From Alphaproteobacteria bacterium (GTDB lineage Bacteria > Pseudomonadota > Alphaproteobacteria > GCA-2731375), in contig CBDDPY010000002.1 of assembly GCA_965232515.1 (NCBI GenBank), positions 4,288,001 through 4,352,000 on the forward strand: DNA of 64,000 bases, read 5' to 3'. The notes under the pieces are model-generated. The model searched no databases. It was given only the letters and a program-made list of their open reading frames with translations, and had not been told where the DNA came from. Position numbers and translations under genes: made by a program. This document shows, piece by piece, positions 59,208 to 64,000 of this stretch. Every line of letters starts with the position of its first letter. Positions within the stretch are counted from its first letter, which is position 1.

Positions 59208-60323
59208 ATGACGACATCGGAGCAGAAATCGCCCGGCGGTGGGGCCAAGGCCCTGATCGCGGTCGAGCGCGCCATCGCCGAATACCGGCGCGGCCGGCCG
59301 GTGCTGCTGCGCGGGCCGGACGGGGCGACGGCCGTGGCGCTGGCGGCCGAGATGGCGATGCCACAGATGTTCGAGCGGGTGAAGACGCTGGGTCAGGCGG
59401 TGCTGGCGCTGACCGACGCGCGGGCGCGGGCGTTGAACATCCGGCCATCGGGGCACGATACCATCCTGGTGCCGCTGACGGCCTGGCTCGACAGCGCCAC
59501 GGCGCGGTCGCTGGCCGATGCCACGACCGACCTGAGCGAGCCGCTGCGCGGGCCGTTCGACCGCGAAAAACGGCCGCCGAGCGCGCCGGAGCGCGGCGCG
59601 GTGGCGCTCGCCAAACTGGCCCGGCTGCTGCCGGCCGCAGTGGTGGCGCCGGTCGCGGCCAACGCCCTGCCGGCGGACTGGGACCTGCTGGCGGCCGACG
59701 TGACGGACGTGATGTCGTATGAGACATCGGCGGCCGAGGCGCTGACGCCGGTGACGTCGGCGAAGGTGCCGCTGGCCGACGCCGAGGACGCGCGCATCTT
59801 CGCCTTCCGGCCGGCCGACGGCGGCATCGAGCATCTGGCGATCGTCGTCGGCGATCCCGACCGGTCGCAGCCGGTGCTGACGCGGCTGCACTCGGAATGC
59901 TTCACCGGCGATCTGATCGGCTCGCTGAAATGCGATTGCGGCGAGCAGCTGCGCGGCGCGCTGAAGCAGATGGGCGAGGCAGGCAGTGGCGTCCTGCTGT
60001 ATCTGGCCCAAGAAGGCCGCGGCATCGGCCTGATGAACAAGCTGCGCGCCTACCGCCTGCAGGCCGACGGCTTCGACACCGTCGACGCCAACCTGCGGCT
60101 GGGGTTCGACGCCGACGAGCGGGTGTTCCTGCCGGCGGCCCAGATGCTGCGCCAGCTCGGCTTCATCAAGGTGCGGCTGTTGACCAACAACCCGGACAAG
60201 GTCGCCGGCCTGGAAGCGCTGGGCGTGGAGGTCACCGAGCGGGTCGCCCACAGCTTCCCCTCCAACACCCACAACGAGTTCTACCTCGCCACGAAGAAAA
60301 GCCGCAGCGGGCATTTATTCTGA
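59208..60323 (+). CDS. ribA: GTP cyclohydrolase II with degenerate N-terminal DHBP-synthase-like domain
   Basis: RLHSECFTGD..GSLKCDCG, QEGRGIGL.NK, LLTNNP.K, YL.TK....GH. Confidence 0.93.
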   Translation: MTTSEQKSPGGGAKALIAVERAIAEYRRGRPVLLRGPDGATAVALAAEMAMPQMFERVKTLGQAVLALTDARARALNIRPSGHDTILVPLTAWLDSATARSLADATTDLSEPLRGPFDREKRPPSAPERGAVALAKLARLLPAAVVAPVAANALPADWDLLAADVTDVMSYETSAAEALTPVTSAKVPLADAEDARIFAFRPADGGIEHLAIVVGDPDRSQPVLTRLHSECFTGDLIGSLKCDCGEQLRGALKQMGEAGSGVLLYLAQEGRGIGLMNKLRAYRLQADGFDTVDANLRLGFDADERVFLPAAQMLRQLGFIKVRLLTNNPDKVAGLEALGVEVTERVAHSFPSNTHNEFYLATKKSRSGHLF

Positions 60324-60418
60324 GGCGGCCGGCGGCAACGGACGCCGAATAGGCAGAAAGTGCCGTGTCCGAGCCGGCGGGATGGCAATTAAGCCATTGA
60401 AATCATTATCGTTCGGTC

Positions 60419-60434
60419 TGGCGCGAGATTTGCT
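60419..60434 (+). promoter_or_regulatory. Sigma54 (-24/-12) promoter
   Basis: TGGCGC-GAGAT-TTGCT; preceded by an AT-rich tract (60388-60410) and GGCA-N5-TGCC at 60352-60364. Confidence 0.65.
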
Positions 60435-60445
60435 TCGCCGATTGC

Positions 60446-61180
60446 ATGACGGTCACGCCGAGTTCCTCGATCATGCTGTCGCCGCTGGAGGCGCGGGAGC
60501 GTAATGGCGCGACCTATTGGCATGAGCCCGAGGCCGTGCCGGTCAACGAATCCGGCAAGGGGTTCTGGGGCGAGGACGGCTTCACCTTCGGCGACTTTCT
60601 GGACACCATCAACCCGCTGCAGCACCTGCCCATCGTCGGCACGATCTATCGGGCACTGACCGGCGATGAGCTGGCGCCGGGGGCGCGTCTGGCCGGCGGC
60701 GCGCTGTTCGGCGGTCCGATCGGCGCCGCGGCGGCGATGGCGAACCTCGCCGTCGAGGAAATCGCCGGCCAGGACATCGGCGCCACCGTGCTGGCGGCCG
60801 TCACCGGAGACGACACGCCGGCGGCCCCGACCCGAGTCGCCGCGCTGACGCCGACGGCAGCCGCGACCGATGCCGCAACGGCGGACGGGACGCGGCCGCA
60901 ATTGAGTCCGGCCGCCTTCGAGGCGCTGATGCGCAGCATCGAACTGTCGCCGCAGGCCGCGGCGACCTTGCGGCCGCCCGCGGCAGCGACGGCTGAACCT
61001 ACCGATCTTCCAGAGCTGAGCCCGGCCGCCTTCGAGGCGCTGGTCGGCGCCGGCAACGCCGCCCCGGCCAAGGCCGCGAACGACGACGGCAATCAGGCCG
61101 AGGCGGCCCGCGAACTACACGACATGCTGCGCGCCTATGCCGAGGAACGCGGCGTCACCCCGCCCACTGGCAACCGCTGA
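60446..61180 (+). CDS. Hypothetical protein (FGDFLDTINPLQHLPIVGTIYR family)
   Basis: Ordered N-terminal core, glycine-zipper-like GGALFGGPIG, low-complexity tail with LSPAAFEAL twice; start may be 60473. Confidence 0.75.
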   Translation: MTVTPSSSIMLSPLEARERNGATYWHEPEAVPVNESGKGFWGEDGFTFGDFLDTINPLQHLPIVGTIYRALTGDELAPGARLAGGALFGGPIGAAAAMANLAVEEIAGQDIGATVLAAVTGDDTPAAPTRVAALTPTAAATDAATADGTRPQLSPAAFEALMRSIELSPQAAATLRPPAAATAEPTDLPELSPAAFEALVGAGNAAPAKAANDDGNQAEAARELHDMLRAYAEERGVTPPTGNR

Positions 61181-61290
61181 TCTCCGTTCTTGCCGCAATC
61201 GGGCGGCAACAATCGAAACAATTTGACCCCTTGTTCGGACGCGCCGGGTCTGTCTTTAGTGGCCGGTCTATTCGCATTGGGGTGATAGCG

Positions 61291-61917
61291 ATGTCGTTTG
61301 AGCTTTGGCTCGCCTTCGCGGTGGCGAGCGCAATTCTGCTGGCCATCCCGGGGCCGACGATCATGCTGGTGATCAGCTATGCGCTGGGCCGGGGGCGCAG
61401 CACCGGCTGGGCCACGGTGCCGGGCGTGGTGCTGGGTGACTTCACGGCGATGACGATCTCGCTGATGGGCGCGGGCGCGGTGCTGGCGGCCTCGGCGACG
61501 CTGTTCACGATCCTCAAACTCTGCGGCGCCGCATACCTGATCTGGCTTGGCATCCAGCTCTGGCGGGCGCCAGCCGTGCCCGAGATGCTGGGCACGGCCG
61601 TGCAGACGAACGGCCAGCGCAAGATGTTCGTCAGCACCTATGTGGTGACGGCGCTCAACCCGAAGAGCATCGTCTTCTTTGTCGCCTTCGTGCCGCAGTT
61701 CGTGGTCGCGGACGCGCCGCTGCTGCCGCAGTTCGCGGCACTGGAAGCGACATTCCTGACGCTCGCCGGCATCAACGCCGCGCTCTGGGCCTTGCTCGCG
61801 GGCGAGATGCGAGCCTGGTTCCGCCGGCCGACAACGCTGCGTCTGGTCAACCGCCTGGGCGGCAGCATGCTGATCGGCGCCGGCCTGCTGACTGCGGCGG
61901 CGCGCCGCACCGCCTGA
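61291..61917 (+). CDS. LysE/RhtB family translocator
   Basis: PGP, GAAYLIWLG, LNPKSIVFF. Confidence 0.9.
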   Translation: MSFELWLAFAVASAILLAIPGPTIMLVISYALGRGRSTGWATVPGVVLGDFTAMTISLMGAGAVLAASATLFTILKLCGAAYLIWLGIQLWRAPAVPEMLGTAVQTNGQRKMFVSTYVVTALNPKSIVFFVAFVPQFVVADAPLLPQFAALEATFLTLAGINAALWALLAGEMRAWFRRPTTLRLVNRLGGSMLIGAGLLTAAARRTA

Positions 61918-61928
61918 GCCTGAGCGCG

Positions 61929-62396
61929 TTAGGCCCGGTCCACGCGCGCCGCGTAGCAGCCCTGCATGGCGTTGTGCAGATGCAGGTAGTCGACTTGCGC
62001 ATCGGCGAGCAGGCGTTCGACGACGGGCTCCAGCGCACGGCCGTCAGCGAGATCCGCCGCAACCAACATGCCGGCGCCGTCGAAGGCGCGCACCGAGAGC
62101 ACGCGACGGCGCAGCTGTTCCGGCACCTCGTTGCGATCCGGCCGCGCCTGGACGGCGCCTTCGCGCACGTAGATCGCATGGCTGGCGCGATAGGGGGTCG
62201 GCGCCGCTTGATGTTCGTAGTTGAGCAGCAAAACGGTCTCGCCGACCTCGGCATCCTGTAGCGATACCCGGCAGGGGTAGCCCGGCTTGGCATCAACGAC
62301 GTGCCGCTCGACGCCTTGCGCGGCAAGGGCCTTGGCATCCTGTCCGAACAGGTGACGGAACCGGTCGGCGCGCAGCGGGGAAATCTGAAATCCCAT
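61929..62396 (-). CDS. DUF1203 family protein
   Basis: PGYPCRVSL.DA..GE, PY.ASHAI, YLHLHNA..GCYA; SD GAGGAG. Confidence 0.85.
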   Translation of the reverse strand: MGFQISPLRADRFRHLFGQDAKALAAQGVERHVVDAKPGYPCRVSLQDAEVGETVLLLNYEHQAAPTPYRASHAIYVREGAVQARPDRNEVPEQLRRRVLSVRAFDGAGMLVAADLADGRALEPVVERLLADAQVDYLHLHNAMQGCYAARVDRA

Positions 62397-62571
62397 AATT
62401 GTCTCCTCGTTCGTCGGTTGGCGGCATGGTTCCGCCAAACGCCACGTCCCGCCATCCGGATCTTGCGTCCCTGTCCGCGCGGGCGTGACTGACGCTTCGG
62501 TTAGCGGCGAAGCATCAGCGTTCCGCCCGCGCTATGCTGCGCGCAACTCATTTCGAACATGGAGCGACTGG

Positions 62572-62919
62572 ATGATTGCGGTGATCTTCGAGGTCTGGCC
62601 GGCGGACGACAGGCAGCAGGCCTATCTGGACCTGGCGGGCAACCTGAAGGCCGAGCTGGAGCAGATGGACGGCTTCATTTCGGTCGATCGGTTCCAGAGC
62701 ATCTACGAGCCCGGCAAGCTGCTGTCGCTGTCGTTCTGGCGCGACGAGGACGCCGTCAGAGCCTGGCGCAACCATGCCGAACACCGCGCGACCCAGGCCA
62801 TGGGCCGGTCCGGCGTGTTCCGCGACTATCGCCTGCGCATCGCCGAGGTCGCCCGCGACTATGGCCTGAACGAACGGGCGGAAGCGCCCGAGGACTCACG
62901 CAACGCACACGGCGCCTGA
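62572..62919 (+). CDS. Antibiotic biosynthesis monooxygenase (ABM) family protein
   Basis: MIAVIFEV.P, GFISVDRFQS, LSLSFWRDE, HR.TQ..GR. Confidence 0.9.
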   Translation: MIAVIFEVWPADDRQQAYLDLAGNLKAELEQMDGFISVDRFQSIYEPGKLLSLSFWRDEDAVRAWRNHAEHRATQAMGRSGVFRDYRLRIAEVARDYGLNERAEAPEDSRNAHGA

Positions 62920-62931
62920 ACGCGGCCGCCG

Positions 62932-63906
62932 TCAGCCGGCGCGCGGGATCAGCTCGGCGGCGCGTCTGGCGAAGTAGGTCATGACCAGGTCGGCGCCGGC
63001 GCGCTTGAAGGCGATCAGGCTTTCCATGATCGCCTGGTCCTCGTCGATGACGCCGGCCCGGGCGGCGAACTTGATCATGGCGTACTCGCCGCTGACCTGA
63101 TAGGCGGCGAGCGGCAGCAGCGTCCGGTCGCGCAGACGCGCCAGAATGTCGAGATAAGGCATGCCCGGCTTGACCATCAGGATGTCGGCGCCCTCGGCCG
63201 CGTCGTCGAGCGATTCGCGGAGGCCCTCGCGGCCGTTCGCCGGATCCATTTGATAAGTCTTGCGGTCGCCGTCGAGATCACAGCCGGCGGCATCGCGGAA
63301 CGGGCCGTAAAAGCCCGAAGCGAACTTGGTGGAGTACGACATGATCGGCAGGCCGCGATGGCCGGCCGCGTCGAGCGCTCGGCGGATCGCCTGAACCTGG
63401 CCGTCCATCATCGCCGACGGGGCGACCACGTCGACACCGGCTTCCGCCGCGACCACGGCCTGGGCCGCGAGGTTGTCGATGGTCAGATCGTTGTCGACAT
63501 CGCCGTCGACCACGACGCCGCAATGGCCGTGGTCGGTGTATTCGCAAAAACAGATATCGGCGAACAGCGTGATCTCCGGCGCCGCGTCCTTGGCGCGCCG
63601 GATCATGCGTGCCAGCAGGCCGTCGGGCCGCATGGCATCGCCGCCATCGGCGTCCTTGGCGTGCGAGACGCCGAACAGCATCACCGCCTTGATGCCCCGG
63701 TCGGCCAGGCCCCGCATGACCGCGCCGACGCGATCCTCGGGCTCGCGCGACACGCCGGGCATGCTGGCGATGGCGACCGGCTCGGCGAGGCCTTCCTCGA
63801 CAAAAATCGGATAGATCAGGTCATCCATGGTGACGGCGTGCTCGCGCACCAGGCCGCGCAGGCCGTCGGTGCGGCGCAGCCGCCGCAAGCGGGTCGCCGG
63901 AAACAT
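62932..63906 (-). CDS. hemB: Porphobilinogen synthase (ALA dehydratase), Zn-binding type
   Basis: RLRRLR, DICFCEYTDHGHCG, APSAMMDG, FYGPFRDAA, MVKPG, AYQVSGEYAM. Confidence 0.95.
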   Translation of the reverse strand: MFPATRLRRLRRTDGLRGLVREHAVTMDDLIYPIFVEEGLAEPVAIASMPGVSREPEDRVGAVMRGLADRGIKAVMLFGVSHAKDADGGDAMRPDGLLARMIRRAKDAAPEITLFADICFCEYTDHGHCGVVVDGDVDNDLTIDNLAAQAVVAAEAGVDVVAPSAMMDGQVQAIRRALDAAGHRGLPIMSYSTKFASGFYGPFRDAAGCDLDGDRKTYQMDPANGREGLRESLDDAAEGADILMVKPGMPYLDILARLRDRTLLPLAAYQVSGEYAMIKFAARAGVIDEDQAIMESLIAFKRAGADLVMTYFARRAAELIPRAG

Positions 63907-64000
63907 GGGCGTTTCGCCTCCGTCTTCTCGGGTCGTTCGCGGCACTCTATCATCGCCGTCCGAACCGGCAACCGACGCCCGCCCGAGAATCAGAGATGCG

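Overview
High-GC, gene-dense chromosomal window, most likely from an alphaproteobacterium (Rhodospirillales-like, judged from cenR, the long ribA, a CtrA box and the repeat families). All calls come from manual motif recognition; no database searches were run. In order it holds: (1) a MarR-controlled aromatic catabolic cluster with a 2Fe-2S/flavin reductase, an SDR, a small stand-alone PaaA/BoxB-type diiron protein, gentisate 1,2-dioxygenase and an FAH hydrolase; (2) xth and an acyl-CoA ligase alpha subunit; (3) a solitary rtcB whose structured leader has a uORF and an intrinsic terminator, a candidate translation-coupled attenuator; (4) a TRAP transporter with a GMC oxidoreductase; (5) an ~18 kb divergent locus of unknown function, with a degenerate ABC exporter, cNMP-binding protein and methyltransferase on one arm and four glycosyltransferases, a His-phosphatase, a deacetylase and an Opp-like importer on the other; (6) an accessory patchwork with an HGGxSTG gene pair, a CoA-transferase with an apparent ATC start, an IS5 element inserted inside a palindromic repeat, a PEP-CTERM-like protein under a CtrA box and an ECF-SnoaL sigma factor; (7) an adenylate cyclase, methyltransferase, DUF4197, MBL hydrolase and cenR; (8) a second Opp/Dpp ABC system, ribA, a sigma54-type hypothetical gene and a Zn-type hemB. 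Four distinct families of short palindromic repeats occur. No rRNA, tRNA or CRISPR array was seen.
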